Shown: piece after piece, positions 6,712 through 7,142 of the stretch
How positions within the stretch are numbered: position 1 is the stretch's first letter
Layout: each line of letters begins with the position of its first letter
DNA from: Naegleria gruberi
Taxonomy: Eukaryota
NCBI GenBank assembly: GCA_000004985.1
Contig: GG739133.1
Length of the DNA: 7,142 nt
Reading direction: 5' to 3' (one strand)
Notes under the pieces: generated by a model
Database searches by the model: none
What the model was told of the DNA's origin: nothing
The model's input: the letters and a program-made list of their open reading frames with translations, nothing else
Position numbers and translations under genes: made by a program

Positions 6712-7142
6712 ATACAGCAAGAGTGGTACTCTCATCCAAAATACTATCTATCCCAAGATACCTCTGTGGTATCGGAGGAATCCCATTAACAACACTAGGA
6801 AAATTAGAAACAAGACTATCTGGAATAATTAAAAGGAAAATGGGATGGGATATTAGACTATCAAAAGCAATAATATACGGGGACAAAACTCAAGGTGGAT
6901 TTGGAATTACCTCACCTAAAGACATATATCATATCGAACAATGTGCATCCATTACTCGTTTTGTCAACTCCACATCAAATATAACCAAATATACGATAAG
7001 AAATAGTATTCTAGATGTAGAACAAGGATTAGTTGACGATAATTTTTTACAAGAATATATTAACACTCTAAATGATAACTACTGGTATTGGGTAGAACCA
7101 AGAAATACCGAAAACTCATCAGACTGGAGTTTAGTGAAGACC
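6712..7142 (+). CDS. Open reading frame in frame 0, with no stop from 6540 to the window end. It is probably the resumption of the L1-like ORF2 (post-RT thumb/C-terminal region) and continues beyond the window.
   Basis: There are 144 stop-free codons in roughly 70% AT sequence, which is very unlikely by chance. Its composition and codon usage match the 3344-4512 RT part. Its motifs are SKILSIPRYLCGI (compare L1 SKRIKYLGI), KTQGGFGITSPKDIYHIEQCA (compare L1 KAGGITLPDFKLYYKA) and NYWYWVEPRN...SDW (compare L1 AWYWYQNR..DQWNR). The spacings differ from human L1, so the assignment is tentative. It is absent from the ORF track because it has no in-window stop. Confidence 0.45.

Noticed and set aside
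6840-7000. Possible RNase H domain in the frame-0 tail (IIYGDKTQGGFGI...HIEQCASI, resembling TDGS...G.G...AE..A).
   Set aside because: The spacing between the putative catalytic Asp and Glu is about 18 aa against roughly 35 aa in RNase H folds, and no DSxx or D-x-x-x-D third motif follows. An L1-type post-RT region explains it better.
1-7142. Prokaryotic defence systems, CRISPR arrays, operon structure.
   Set aside because: The sequence is eukaryotic (poly-Asn microsatellite coding, L1-type and DIRS/gypsy-type retroelements, about 70% AT). No direct-repeat/spacer arrays are present.

Overview
This is very AT-rich eukaryotic DNA (about 70-75% AT in unique parts) with AAT-encoded poly-Asn tracts, so it probably comes from a dictyostelid social amoeba (Dictyostelium-like). 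The window is a nested transposable-element cluster and contains no prokaryotic-type system. No CRISPR array, rRNA or tRNA gene is visible. The ORF track's minus-strand ORFs and its ORFs spanning N-runs are artefacts.

(1) Positions 1-475 on the minus strand hold the 5' end of a gene for a low-complexity Ser/Gly/Tyr/Asn-rich protein. It is missing from the ORF track because it runs off the window edge.

(2) Only 43 bp away, on the plus strand, an L1-clade APE-type non-LTR retrotransposon begins. It resembles the dictyostelid TRE elements. ORF1 (518-1882) has a roughly 90-residue poly-Asn N-terminus and a C-terminal coiled coil. ORF2 starts at 1883, the base after the ORF1 stop (TAAATG). Its APE endonuclease domain (1883-about 2600) matches the L1 EN motifs (QETH, GDTN, RPDH, H-x-x-SAKIDL). 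Its reverse-transcriptase domain (3344-4512) runs through YADD.

(3) ORF2 is split exactly between the APE and RT parts by a 510-bp, GC/CpG-richer, non-coding element (2834-3343). This element has about 30-bp imperfect terminal inverted repeats (15 bp perfect: GAGCCTTGTCCGAAA / TTTCGGACAAGGCTC) and a flanking AAT direct repeat. Removing it restores one continuous ORF2. I interpret it as a MITE-like DNA-transposon insertion.

(4) A 1379-N run (4513-5891) follows. After it comes a compositionally distinct segment (about 40% GC, 5892-6711) encoding a DIRS/Ty3-gypsy-type RT (VPKK...ILDLRKVN, LPFGLSQAP, YIDD, FLG).

(5) Near 6700-6720 this switches abruptly to an AT-rich frame that stays open to the window end. 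It has L1-like post-RT motifs and is probably the resumption of the disrupted ORF2.

The two N-runs (88 and 1379 bp) limit what can be said about both nested junctions.
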